Source: Adineta vaga
Lineage: Eukaryota; Animalia; Rotifera
Reading direction: 5' to 3'
Assembly: GCA_021613535.1 (NCBI GenBank)
Contig: CP075496.1
Location: 744,001-808,000 of the forward strand
DNA length: 64,000 nt
A program made the translations under genes and the position numbers. Numbering within the stretch: the first letter of the stretch is position 1; every line of letters begins with the position of its first letter. This document shows positions 1-12,600 of this stretch, piece by piece. The notes under the pieces are model-generated. The model was not told the DNA's origin. It ran no database searches and was given only the letters and a program-made list of their open reading frames with translations.

Positions 1-221
1 TTTTACCGTCAAAATGATATCTCAAATATTATAAATAAATTGAATGTGAAAAATCCTCGACATATGGATTATTAATTAACTCATCTCTACATACAAATAA
101 ATATTTATTTCATGTGAATAATAAATATGTAAACATCGGAATGAAATCCGAAAGTTATGTAATACTTCAAAAACTTTCATGACGATAGGTATTGCTAGTA
201 ACGCGGCGAAATAGCCGCACA

Positions 222-1385
222 CCCTCTACTGAAAGGATATAGTCAGATCGCTTATGTCACTTGGACTAAGGGCAGAATTGTATCCATTCGTAAGTCCAAT
301 CACTTGTTAATTTGTCCAACAGTCTTCTATTCATGTTCATCTTGCTTACTTTGACCTTCTCAAACTAACGTGTAGTCGTTCGTCGGCCTCCCTTTGGTCA
401 GCGACTCACGGCTAGCTGTTGATATACAATCAATTTTTCTATTTTAACACCTCAAAATAACTCGTTCTTAGTGGATCGGTTCCTAATCGAGCATATTGCA
501 ACTTTATGTAACAGTATGATGTGTATTACATATTTTATTTTTCCTATTATTTTCAGGCATGGATAATCTGTTGAGTCCGTTCTTAAAGAGACTTCAAGTA
601 CGTTCCTTCGAAAACCCATTCAAGGTACCGGAGACTCTCAAATATAGTCGTTGAAGTAACTCTAGAAATAAACGTCTAGCCGTTTCTACCGAAATATCCA
701 TTGTACTCTCCATTTTTCATTTTCTTTACAAGCGAATGAATGAGTTGACTTTTATTCTAAACCCTCCTCAAGAGTATAAGCCCACTGGGCTTCTAATGTG
801 TCCAGAAAATTATAAGTCTAAAGGTGGGCTTATATTTGGGCACTATTTTTTTCGCATTGCTGATTAGGTGGCTTCTATTATATCTGGAAAATTATAACAT
901 TGATAGTGGGCTTTTATTCTGGAGGGGGATTTATGTCCAAAACCAATGACATTATATTGTATATAAGCCCCACGCACAATTAGAATGAATCAGAAAATGT
1001 TAGCTCTAGAGTACTATTTCTAACCGCTCATAATCATTTCTCAAATTCTAACAGCATAGTTGATTGCCTCGTATGCTAAGTACCAGAAAAGACGTGAGAA
1101 AATAGTCCACAAAAAACTAACGTCTGATTCAGTTTCTCCGACCGCGATTATCTTTGATCAAACTTTATTGCAAAATAATAATTATTGAATAATTAGTTAA
1201 TTAACAAATTAAATAATTAATAATTCAGCAAAACTAACATTAGATTCGCTTTTCTCGACTTCGATTACCCTTCGGTGAAGTTTCGTTCAGGACTACTCTC
1301 ATTAAATAAAATATCTAACAATGTTATGATGAACGAACGAACGAACTTTAACTCATTCTGCGTATACCCTCCTTTCAGTAGAGGG
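222..1385. mobile_element. Non-autonomous TIR DNA element, ~1.16 kb, CCC...GGG termini
   Basis: Perfect 16-bp terminal inverted repeats CCCTCTACTGAAAGGA (222-237) and TCCTTTCAGTAGAGGG (1370-1385). No ORF inside; internal small inverted and direct repeats (775-970, 1115-1270). TSD not clear. Confidence 0.7.
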
Positions 1386-1388
1386 AAT

Positions 1389-1610
1389 AAAGACTGATAA
1401 CTAATGCAGATATCATCAAGACGAAGTTCACCCAAATTCCTCTGATGACTTTCATCGTAGTGGTTTCACCTTCATACTGATCTTCCACTACACATTAGCG
1501 ACTGTGAGCGAAAGTTTGATGGCGGCAGCTATTGCGTAGATGGACAACTGACATGAAGATCATCTGGGTGAAATTCGTTCCGATAAGTTTTCTATCAGTT
1601 ACTAGTCCCT
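1389..1610. mobile_element. Degenerate MITE
   Basis: Imperfect long inverted repeat: AGACTGATAACTAAT...CGAAGTTCACCCAAAT vs ATCTGGGTGAAATTCG...ATCAGTTACTAGTCCCT. Confidence 0.45.
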
Positions 1611-1691
1611 ATAGTCGTTACTATCATGAAACTTCTTTCGAAGTACACACAATTCTCGGATTTCAATAGGAGGTTTTTGTTTCAATTAAGT

Positions 1692-1823
1692 TATTCGTTG
1701 TTTAGCATTATTTAATGAAAATTTCAAACTTCATGCTATTCGAATTACAATTAAAACAAAAACATCTCAAACTATACAAATTATTCCATTACCAATTCAA
1801 CAAATTTTGCTGAATATGACATT
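1692..1823 (+). pseudogene. Fragment of the terminal exon of uncharacterised gene X; left arm of an inverted repeat with ~5820-5952
   Basis: Almost exact reverse complement of 5820-5952; encodes LALFNENFKLHAIRITIKTKTSQTIQIIPLPIQQ. Confidence 0.8.
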
Positions 1824-2198
1824 TTCTAAACAAAGACTAGAACCTTTCACTTTCGACATGGGACTGTTTCTCTGACTCATCATCTATAGAATATTGCACA
1901 ACTCAATGAAAGTCTATTTTTTTGCCATATAGAAATATTTTTCATAAAAATGTCTGATTTCGTGAAGACAATGTATGTTATTCATGATTTACAGAGACAG
2001 AAGCGTGTTTTTTCCATATTTACTCCCCCTAGATTTCATCGCAAATGTTCTTTATCCTTATTCACTGGGTATATTTTTATTAAACGACGTCATTACTATG
2101 ATTCATCGATGAGTTTTACATAGTCAAGCTCATCGTATATATAAAGAGAGAAAAAAAACAAAGATAGAAACACTTCTGCATATTAACATAGTCAAACA

Positions 2199-4754
2199 AT
2201 GCTTCGAATAAAAAGTATTTTGCAAGGTGGAAATAATGTTTCCGTTAAAGAAAAATATGTTCCTTTGAAAGAAGTTCGTGTTGAAGGAAAGATTCATTCT
2301 TTTGCAGCTGATGTAACAATCAAACAAATCTTTCGTAATGAAGAAACCAATCCAATTGAAGCTGTTTATTGTTTTCCAATTGAAGAACAAGCAGCAATTT
2401 ATAAATTTGTTGCACAAATTGATGATCGACAAATTGAAGCTGAATTAAAAGAAAAAAAAGAAGCACAAAAAGAATACAACGATGCTCTTCAACAAGGTCA
2501 TGGTGCATATTTACTCGAACAAAATGAACAATCACAAGATAATTTCATCATTAATGTTGGTGCACTTTTACCTGGAAAAGAATGTCATATAACAATATCA
2601 TATGTAACTGAATTAGATCTAATTGAAAATGGAAAAAAAATTCATTTTGTTGTTCCAACAACCATTGCACCTCGTTATAATCCATCCCAAGGTGGAATAT
2701 CATCACCAGCTGGAACAAATTCTCAATATATTCAAACAACACCATATACAATTGATTTTCAATGTCAAATTGATAAAACAAATGTTTCAAGTGTTAGTTC
2801 ATCATCTCATCCAATTCAAATTGATTTAAATCAAACAGATTATTATTTAATAAAATTTAGTCAAACTAATACACATTTAGATCGTGATATTCTTGTTGAT
2901 ATTCATTTAAATGAACAACGATCAAATACAATTTTAGCAATTGAATCAAATGTTTTTATGATTTCATTTACACCAAATGAAGAAGATTGTCGACGTGCAA
3001 TGAAGAATGTTGAAACAACAAATGAATTTCTCTTTATTGTTGATTGTAGTGGATCAATGCAAGATGAAAATAAAATTGGTTATGCTCAACAATCAATGTT
3101 ACTTTTTCTTAAAAGTCTCCCATTAAATTCTCAATTTAATATTATTCGATTTGGATCAGATTATCAATCATTATTTGATTCAGCAACTGTTGTTTATAAT
3201 GAAGAAAACTCAAAAAAAGCAGAACATTTAATTAAAAACATGCGAGCAGATTTAGGTGGAACAGAATTAGTAAGTGAAACGTATTTTATTTAAAACTTTA
3301 ATTTAATTCTTTTATTCTTATTTTAGTTAAATCCATTAAAATGGCTTGAAGAACATCCACCACAAGAAGGTCGTTCTCGACAAATCTTTCTTTTAACTGA
3401 TGGTGAAATCTCTAATGTTGATCAAGTTCTTGATTTATGTCGTTCAATGTCAAAATCATCTCGAATCTTTTCATTTGGCTTAGGAGCTTCGCCAAGTCGT
3501 TCATTAGTCAAAGGTTTAGCACGTTCAACAAATGGTCGTTTTTGTTTTATTCCACCATCAACAAAAGTTGATACATTTGTTGGACAACAATTAGAAAAAG
3601 CACTTCAACCATCAATAACAAATATTCAAATTAAATCGAATTTATCTTCACAAATAACAACAGCACCAAAAGTTCTCCCACCCGTTTATGCAAATGATCG
3701 TTTGATTATCTATGGATTTCTTGATAACTCATCATATGAATTTGATCATAATATTGAAATTGAATTATTTAATAATGAAAATAAATTAAGTGAAGCAAAA
3801 ATTACACAAATACCAAATATAATTACGAATCAAACAATTAGTCGTTTAGCTGGAAAAGCTTTAATACTTGAATTACAACATTCAAAATTAGCACCAATTC
3901 GTAAAGGATCAACGCAACCAAGATTTCAAGAAGAAAATAAACAATCTATTGACGAACAAAAAGAAGAACAAAAGAAACGTATTATTGATTTATCATTAAA
4001 ATATCATATTTTAAGTCCTCATACATCTTTTATTGGAATTGAAAAACGTTTAAATGGAAATAATGATCAAATGGTTTTACGTGAAGTTCCAATTCAAATT
4101 TCAGCTGATGATCAACACTTACAAACGCCACGTTTTGCAAGTTTATCTAGTGCAAGTGGAATGCTTAACAGTTGTATGATGTCGTGTGCACCCAAACGTT
4201 CGTATCAAAATCATATTATGAATAGTTGCGTGAATATGGTAGGTTCTAATGCTTCATGTCACATGCTAATGAATTCGTACAATGAGGAATCTCTTTCTAT
4301 GGATTGTAACAACTCTTCCTACCTTCAAATGTCGCGCCCCAACCTCAATCGTACTAGTCCACCATCTCCTCCTGTGTATTTATCTAATATGCGAGGATTC
4401 CTAAAGCATGAAGAAGGCAGCGTAGAAAAAGAATATAAAGAAAAATTTCCAAGCGATGATGAAGATATTGTTCGTTATTTAATCGATAAACAAAATTTCG
4501 ATGGTCTATGGTCATTTGACCCGAAAATTATTGAAAAATTAACTGGAAAATCTTTAAAAGAATTTCAATATTCAATCAAAAAAGAATTAATTATTTCGAT
4601 GATAATTCTTATTCTATTAGAAACACGTTTTTCATCATATTCATCAATGTGTCATGGAATTATACAAAAATCAAAAAAACGAATTTTAGATTTACTTAAC
4701 AAAGATCAAAATCAATATCAATCTTTTTACGATCAAATTCGTCAACAACTTTAA
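2199..4754 (+). CDS. VIT + von Willebrand factor A domain protein (VWA5A/PARP4 C-terminal-like), 2 exons: 2199-3269, 3327-4754
   Basis: VIT motifs (NPIEAVYCFP, EAQKEYNDAL, INVGAL), MIDAS DCSGSM, ADLGGTEL, IFLLTDGEI, IFSFGLG, C-terminal QNFDGLW domain. A 57-nt GTAAGT..TTTTAG intron (3270-3326) joins the two ORFs in frame. Confidence 0.92.
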
Positions 4755-5471
4755 AGATTTTATTTGTTGCTTTCAATAAATCAGATTTATATTTTAAAAG
4801 TTTTATTAAAATAAAGACAAAGAGAATCATCAAAAAATGTTTTTATTTGTAAGAATTAAAGTTAAATAATATGAAGGAACTACTTAAAGTAATATATTAT
4901 AAAAGAAAACACGGAATAAAATGAGAAAGATAAAATACCTTATTCTTTCATAAATATGACTATTGACTGGAGAATTTCTTTTGTTTTCGTTTCTATTTAT
5001 TGTTTTGTCATTAATTGTGTTAAACCATGAATATCATCTATTGTTCGTATCATGACTTATCGTAGTAAGAACAACATTTTTCTTTTCCTTCTCTTTCATT
5101 CTTACGCATGTACACATCAAATTTCAAGTACATAGTCGTGTTTTTTTTCCTTGTGGAATTTTCCACTAGGTCTTTTCCCTTACTGTTCTCTCTTGTATGT
5201 GATTGCTCTGGTGTTTTTCCGTGCATAAAGAAATACTTTGGAATAACTCATTTTTGATAATCTATAATATAAATATTTCGTATCTCATATATAAAACTTG
5301 CTATGTTATATAAAGAACATAAAAACAAATAGTTAAGTGATATTCAACTGACTATCAAATGTAGTCGGGTTGTCAAGACACGTCTGTTCAAAAAATGACA
5401 ATATAATTAATTGATAGTTAGGGACAGAAATTAATGGAGAACTCATATACTTTACAAATTTGAAATGAATT

Positions 5472-5634
5472 CTTCAATTCAATTCTTTTCAACATTACGA
5501 AAGATTTGTTTGATTGTTATATCACTCGGAAATGAATGAATTTTTCCTTCCATATGAACTTCCTTTAAAGAAACATATTTGTCTTCCACAAAAACATTTG
5601 TTGCATCCTGTAAAATATTATTTATTCAAAGCAT
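5472..5634 (-). pseudogene. Inverted, degenerate 5' fragment of the VWA5A-like gene
   Basis: Minus strand from ATG 5634 reads ML*INNILQDATNVFVEDKYVSLKEVHMEGKIHSFPSDITIKQIFRNVEKN*IE, homologous to MLRIKSILQGGNNVSVKEKYVPLKEVRVEGKIHSFAADVTIKQIFRNEETNPIE. Upstream 5640-5800 matches the promoter region of the other copies. Confidence 0.85.
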
Positions 5635-5813
5635 CGTCAGATTATATTAACGTGTTTCTATCTTATTTTTTCCTCTTTATATATGCAACAACCAGGAGTA
5701 TGTAAATATACTTGATAAAGAAGACTAAAGAACATTCACGATGAAATTCAGGTTCTATTCTTGATGAATCCTAGAATATTCCTATGTTGGAAGTGAAAGG
5801 ATTTATTTTTTAT

Positions 5814-6720
5814 TTAAAAAATATCATATTCAGCAAAAATTTGTTGAATTGGTAATGGAATAATTTGTATAGTTTGAGATGTTTTTGTTTTAATTGTAAT
5901 TCGAATAGCATGAAGTTTGAAATTTTCATTAAATAATGCTAAACAATGAATAAATGAATCGAAAATATCTTCGTGAACAATTAATTGAAATTGTTCTTCT
6001 TTTTTTGCCCGTTTTTGTAAAGTTTTAATGAATTGTTTATCCCATGTTGGTGAACGAAAACACGAAAGATCACAACCAAATGTAAATTTAATAAAAGAAT
6101 TCTTTTTATCATCATTTATTGAATAAATTAAAACAAAATATCGAATTTCAATTGAACAATCATCAGTAGAAACAAAACCAAGAATAGTTGATGAAGATAA
6201 ATGCAGTTTATCAATTAATTTCTCTAATGTTGGTAAATTTAATGGTTGATTGATCTAAAATTTTCATCAAGTTATTTTCTAATAAAAAAATATTGAAATA
6301 ATACTTGTTCAATAAGAAGATTGGAATGTTTCATTTGTGTATCTTCAATTTGAATTCGAATTCGAAGTGGTTGTGGTAAAAGAGGATGTGCTCGAAGACG
6401 ATGTTGATTATCAATACCAGGTGTACCGGTTATTTGAATTTGAATTGTTAATGAACATAGGAAAAGTTTATTTGGATCAAGATTAATTATCTCATCATTA
6501 TTATTTTGTTTTATTTGACAAGATTTCCATTCTTTACTTCCATCTTCTGATGAAATTTGTTCATATTCAGCAGATAATGTAAATGAATTGAAAAATTGAC
6601 CATTTCTTGCGTATAAATCTTGATTACGTTCAATTAGAGATGATTGATTTATGAGATGAATGAATGAAAAACCTTCATTAGAATAGATTTGAGGAGCTAA
6701 AAATGCTTTTTTGGACAATC
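5814..6720 (-). pseudogene. Last two exons of uncharacterised gene X (6305-~6720, 5814-6254); 5' part decayed or missing
   Basis: ORF 6272-6718 splices via a 50-nt intron (6255-6304) to an open terminal exon INQPLNLPTLEKL...QQIFAEYDIF*. No intact upstream exon or start was found. Confidence 0.6.
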
Positions 6721-7155
6721 TAAAAGTACTAAGAATGATGCTGAATTGAATTAGTATTTTTCAATAATTCTTCATGTTTCTAAAACTAACTTTTTAGTCA
6801 ATCGAACTATTTTTCAACATAATTCTAAATAGATTTTCATTCAAAATAATCATCAACAAATTGGAAAATACAAACAGCAACGATATGAATTCTCTAAAAA
6901 AATGATTAGATTAAGACTTCATAAATATTGTCTTTGTTTTTCTTTTTCCAACAGAATAAATTTTTCTCTCGTATATTATTTAAAGCCTATTGAATGGCAA
7001 TAATAGAGAGAAAAAAAATAGCAACATTTTTTTTCATTTCCTCATTCATTATCTCATCGAATAATTGAAAAGGATGTTATTGTTTTCATTGACGATATCG
7101 GTCAACACAGAATCAATCAGTGTATATCTGGAAAAAAAGATGATCGCACACAAAT

Positions 7156-9219
7156 ATGCAACATTTATTCATTCATTTAGACGAATTACCTGATGAAATA
7201 CTTATTGATATATTTAAAAAATTGCACAATGTCCAAGTAATTTATTCTTTAATGGATGTCAATCAACGACTTACTCGAATCGTACATGATACATACTTTA
7301 CTCGTAGCCTATATTTTCTAGAATATTCACCAGATAACGAAACAATATCTCCATTATCAGATCTAACACTCGATCGATTTTGTTCAAAAATATTACCGGA
7401 AATTGGACACCGAATTCAAACTTTTTATCTCGAACGGATGTCAATAAAACGTATTCTTCACGCTACAAATTATCCTAATTTAAATAATCTTAGTTTATAT
7501 GACATGGATTATGAAGTTGCTATGTCTTTATTTGATGGTAAGAAATTTTCTCTTATTGATTTTATTGTATAATTAAGTAGTTATTAGACAAGAGAATGAG
7601 TGATAAAAATAGATATTCATAATGAAACAAGTAATAATTGAAAAATTACTTTTTCTGTTTTATGTTTATTGACTCTGCAGAGATGTCTTCACGAAGAAAA
7701 GAATTCGGTTATTGATTTGTATAAGAAAAATTTGTTGAAAAAGATAATCGATTGAAGGTTTTTTTTACATTATTGATCGAAAGGAAAAATCAATACTATA
7801 AGTAAATGAGACAACAGTATCAATCATATAGAATAAAATTTATGAAAAAATTCAGAAGAAAAGAAAACGTGACATAGATTATAAGACTGTTAAATAGAAA
7901 ATCTTTTATTTAGATAAAAATCCCTTAGCTTATGTATTCAAGAATCAAATTTCATCATTATTTATCAGTTTTAATATGGTGAAGAAATCGCTTCCAAAGG
8001 GCATGATCTATTCAGATATATTTGCAAAAATTTTGACGATATTTACTAATCTACGATGTTTAACATTCAATCCATGTGCATCTTTTCTTGATGCTGTATT
8101 CTTTACTTTGATACATAAAACTGCTGTGTCTTCGACGTTAGTAGAGTTACATATCAGTGTGGCAGAAATTCATGATTGTCTTAATTTACTTGATGGACGT
8201 TTTGATAAACTTCATATACTACATGTTACTGTTTGTAACATTTACTCGTGGCTAAGTGAAATTAAAGTTGAAGTAGGTTATATTTATTAATATTTTGTTT
8301 GAATGTACTCATTTGTTTTGATTTTCAGTAAAAGGTATTACCAAATTTACGAATTTTTTCTTTGTCCTCCGACTATAAGATACATGATTTTGATGAAGTA
8401 ATTGTGTCACTTCTACGTCGAATGTTAAATTCAGAAGAACTACATTTAAATATTCGAGTCAAATGTTATGAGAAATTTATTGATGGTTATAAATTAAAGA
8501 ATGATATTCTTATTCATATGCCAAGGTTACATAAATTCATATTTAATATTTTTTCAATTCTTAATCATTGTGATCAAACAAATTTCCCATCAAATGAGCA
8601 TATTGAAAAAACGTTTGAATATTTTTATGATGAAAAAGTAATTACTTGTATTGATCATTTCGAAGAAGGAGGATATAGTCAATGTCATATCTACTCATAT
8701 CCATATAAATCGAAAGTTTACAATAATATAACAAATAATTTTCAAGGTGGATTATTTACTAATGTTACTGAAGTATTATTATATGATGAACATCCATTTG
8801 AATACGAATTTTTATTACAAATTTCAAAATCATTCCCATTTATGAAAGAATTAACGTTAAGGAATTCGAAATCATTGAATAATAAACAACTTAGAAAATT
8901 AAATAAGAATAATGAAATCTTATCAATTATTGGATATCCTAATCTTAAACGACTTGATCTTACTGATGCTCATGTTGATTATGTCGAATTATTCTTATTT
9001 GATAGGAAAATAGCGTTGCCAAATAATCTTCATCTTTGTGTGGAATATCGATCATTAGAAAATGTGACATACAATTTTACAAGATATACAAGACCAAATA
9101 ACTGTGAAAAGCTTACTGATTTATATTTTTATCCAGCAGATCAAATCAGTGAACGTATTAAAAGATATTTTTCTTATACATGTATACGTTGTAGTTCTGA
9201 TTTTCGATTATGTAAATAA
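7156..9219 (+). CDS. F-box/LRR-like protein of the type expanded in bdelloid rotifers, 3 exons (7156-7537, 7914-8272, 8329/8335-9219)
   Basis: N-terminal F-box LDELPDEILIDIFKKL; family-type motifs LDRFCSKILPEI, CHIYSYPY, YDEHPFEYEFLLQISKSFPFMKEL; canonical splice sites. The strongest exon-3 acceptor is followed by an in-frame TAA. Confidence 0.75.
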
Positions 9220-9495
9220 GAAATAGATGAAATTATTGAAATAAACGAAAGAAAAATGAAGCAAGATACAATTATATTGAAAATTGTGGTACAACTGAGA
9301 AATGACAGCAACGAAATTTATCCGTATAGAATTTATATTTATATATAAAAATGATTTAATTAATGATCGACATGTTGAAAGTTTCTATATGATATCTAAG
9401 ATATCATTTTGATAATAGAATATCGAGTTTAAAAGATATTTCTATGTTTGAAAGAAGAAAACCAAAGAAAAAGAAATAACAAATACATTTTATTT

Positions 9496-11469
9496 TTAAA
9501 AATCAATGAAAATTTGTAAAAGTTGTGTAATATAGATCAATAGGTGTGAGATTTTCGACTGAGTCATGTGACATTCATCATTAGAATCAGTAATTTCTGA
9601 TAAGCTTTGAAAAACTTGTTCCAATTGTAGCAAATGTGCAGATGAAGTTCCAGCATGTTTTACAACATCAACAAATTGTTTAATTGATTGAGAAAATAAT
9701 TTTGATGATGATAATTTATCAAGTAATATTTCCATAGATAAATCATGTTGTGTATCACCATATATCAATAAAGAGTATTGTTCAGCTGAGATACAAATAC
9801 CTTTAATATGTAAAAAATTTATTGAATTTAATTTGAACAAAAGAAACAAATAATTACTTCACCTTGTTTCATTAGCATTTCAATAATTTTTGAATTATAT
9901 GCAGCACCAATATCTTCATAATTTGTAAGTTCTTGTTCAATTGCATTAATGAACAATTTCTCTTTTGATGGGCCTAATATAGAAAAAAAAGCATATGATA
10001 GAATGATTTCTTTTGTTATTCCTATATATTTATTTGAAAGCAAGATGCACCAGCAAGTAAGTCAATAATAGGTCGAATGGCATGTCGATCATTTCCAGGT
10101 ATATCTTTCTTTACAAAACTGACAATATCTTCAGCACGTGATTCTTCATGACTTTCGAAAAAGGCCAAAATGCGGTTCAGTACATTTACTTGTACAGCTA
10201 AAGTAATAAACAATTCATTAAAATGAACAAGTTTGGAGAAAAACTCAAACCTCGATCATGAAATATTTCATTTTGAAAACTAGTACTTGACCAAACTTTA
10301 TTTTTTTATTGTTGAGGATTTTTATGAGCAATAAAAAGTTCAGCACGTATGCATTCACTAAGAATACGTATTGTTCTAATAGATTCCAAACAACTTTGAT
10401 TATCAATATATTGACTTTTAATTAAGAAAATATTTTTCTTATCAACGAACGACTGAATATTGATTCACATTCTTTACTATTAACTAAAAAATTAATCATA
10501 TAAAAAAAGTAATATAAACTCTTAAGTTTTTCTTACTTATTTTCTTAATTTTGATTGATATATCAATAAGAATTTCTTCTATATTATCAAACGATTTTTT
10601 TGTTTCATCATCAAGGTTCATATAAGATCGACATTGACTATGACGTTCTGTACATTCTACAGGTAACTATGTTTAAATTAAACAAAAAAGAAATTTTTAT
10701 TTTAATGTTTAATAATTAATTCTAATATTTACTTGCGATGGATCATATAGAATAAATAGTAATGGATAATTTATTGGTAACCGATCAACCGATGTACGAT
10801 CAATCTCATTGGAAATTTGTTCTTGTGAACCTTGTCTTTCATTATGTATTTTATCAACACATTATTTACATATTGTATAATGACGTGTTGATGATGTTAT
10901 TGGAAGATATGATTGATTTTCCTATTGAAACATATGGAAGCAAGTACCTAGATCGACAAATCCGATATTGGATCCGATAGAACCCCATAGAATCCAACTT
11001 TTCTACAAAATCCTATCGGATTCCTGGTGACGGATCTGTATTGGAATCTGTACATAGCCCAAAAGTAATCGTTTTGAAGGAAAATACAGTTGGTTTTCGA
11101 TGCCGTAAAACTGCGCCCGTGATTACAGACCGAAACGGCCTGTTTACTGCCGTAAGGGTACCGTTTCATCACAGTTCACGTTCCGAAAACGCACTGTGTA
11201 CGGCTACGTTTTGATTAACCTGGGTACGATCTTATGTCCACCTGTCGAATCCGTCGAAATTCGTTTTTTGGAAACTATAGAATCCGCAACCGACAGAATC
11301 CGAAGTGATTCTGTCACCAGGAATCCGATAGAATATTGTCAGATCATAAGATTCCGATATAAATCGGCATGGGATTCGATCAGATCCGAGTATCGGATTG
11401 GTCGACCTCGGTGCTACAACGTAAAAATTGCATATAATATGGTTCAATTAACTTATTGGATTTGGACAT
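9496..11469 (-). pseudogene. Roquin-like (RING + ROQ domain) pseudogene, interrupted by a MITE
   Basis: MSKSNKLIEPYYMQFLRCS[MITE]TCFHMF..YLPIT..YTICK*C..RLPINYPLL (RING). HKNPQQ*KNKVWS, LLAGASCFQI, CSLMQL and ISAEQYSLLIYGDTQHDLSMEILLDKL parallel Roquin HQNPQQLSSNLW, LLYRASCFKV, SSLMQL and [27 protein letters not shown]. In-frame stops at 10922, 10862 and 10306, plus frameshifts. Confidence 0.8.
10947..11411. mobile_element. MITE, TIR consensus CCCAGGTCGACCAATCC, 2-bp TA/TG target duplication; carries a nested element end at 11224
   Basis: Left CCTAGATCGACAAATCCGAT and right ATCGGATTGGTCGACCTCGG. Removing the element plus 2 bp restores R-C-S-T-C in the host RING exon. Internal ...ACGTTTTGATTAACCTGGG-TA end. 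Confidence 0.85.
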
Positions 11470-12009
11470 TTTCTTTTAAATATCTATAAATAGATGAATA
11501 AAATAAATGTTTTGTTTTTTCGTCAATATAGATAGATAGAGCTTCTTATTAATAAACAATTTATTGAGTATGTTTTGTAATGATGATAACAGACAAAATT
11601 ATTTCTTTGTATCACTATTTAACTGACTGGTTAAAGAGATAAATAGCAGAGAGAGACAGAGAGGGAGAAGAAGAAAAGAAATAGATGGCGACGAACGTAT
11701 TTGTCTTCACTTTCTCTCTTTTTCCTTATTTCTTGTGGTTCACATGTATGTGATTATGTGTCTATAGTAAGGATAACACAGAAAAGAGATTTGACGATAA
11801 CAAATATACATACATTCGTTTGAAAACAAGCATTTCTATTGTTGTATAAGAAAACAACCAAAGATCACTGAAAAGAAATTAACTAAAAAGGAGTTGTTAT
11901 CTTTTTGTTTTTAATCGATGTTTATTAAAATTGATTTTTATCTGATTTTTGTAAGAAAACATTCTGTATAAATAGATGATGATAAAAAAAAATTTTTTCA
12001 TAGAATTTT

Positions 12010-12235
12010 CATTCGGTTGTGATCTTTCAAGTTTTCGTTCACCAACATAGGATAAACAATTCATTAAAACTTTACAAAAAAACGAGCAAAAAAAGCGAAT
12101 CAATTTCAATTAATAGTTCATAAAGATAATTTCGATTGATTTATTCATTGTTTAGCACTATTTAATCAATCTTTTAGAAGTAAAACAGAAACATCAACAA
12201 CTATTCAAATATTTGCTGAATATGACATTCTTTAA
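12010..12235 (+). pseudogene. Degenerate remnant of the gene X terminal exon upstream of VWA5A copy 2
   Basis: TTCGGTTGTGATCTTTCAAGTTTTCGTTCACCAACATAGGATAAACAATTC... matches the reverse complement of ~5820-6080, with a stop and deletions. Confidence 0.75.
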
Positions 12236-12600
12236 TTAAAAAATAAATCCTTTCACTTCTGACATAGGAACATTGCTATGACTCATCATGAATAGAATAT
12301 ATTGCACAAGTCAATGAAAGTGTATTTTCTTGCCATATGGAAATATTTGTAATAAATGCTTATCTTATTTTATAGAGATAATGTATGTTATTCATAATTT
12401 TTAAAGCCAAAAACTCTTTTTTCCTCGTATTTGTTCACCCTGGATTCTATCGAGAACATTCTTTCGTCTTATTCACTAGGTAAATTTTTATTAAATGACG
12501 TCATTACTATGATTCATCGATGAGTTTTACATAGTCAAGCTCATCGTATATATAAAGAGAGAGAAAAACAAAGATAGAAACACATTGGCAAAGTCAAACG

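Noticed and set aside
2130-2829. Short antisense and alternate-frame ORFs over VWA5A (also 12622-13258)
   Set aside because: Shadows of the real CDS in AT-rich codon usage; they recur only because the gene is duplicated.
4117-4460. Diversity-generating retroelement (VR/TR pair) as the cause of the hypervariable island
   Set aside because: Differences are not adenine-specific, they include indels, and no reverse transcriptase gene is recognisable in the window.
10948-11489. ORFs inside the MITE (also 20910-21225)
   Set aside because: They arise from GC-richer inverted-repeat sequence and show no transposase motifs.
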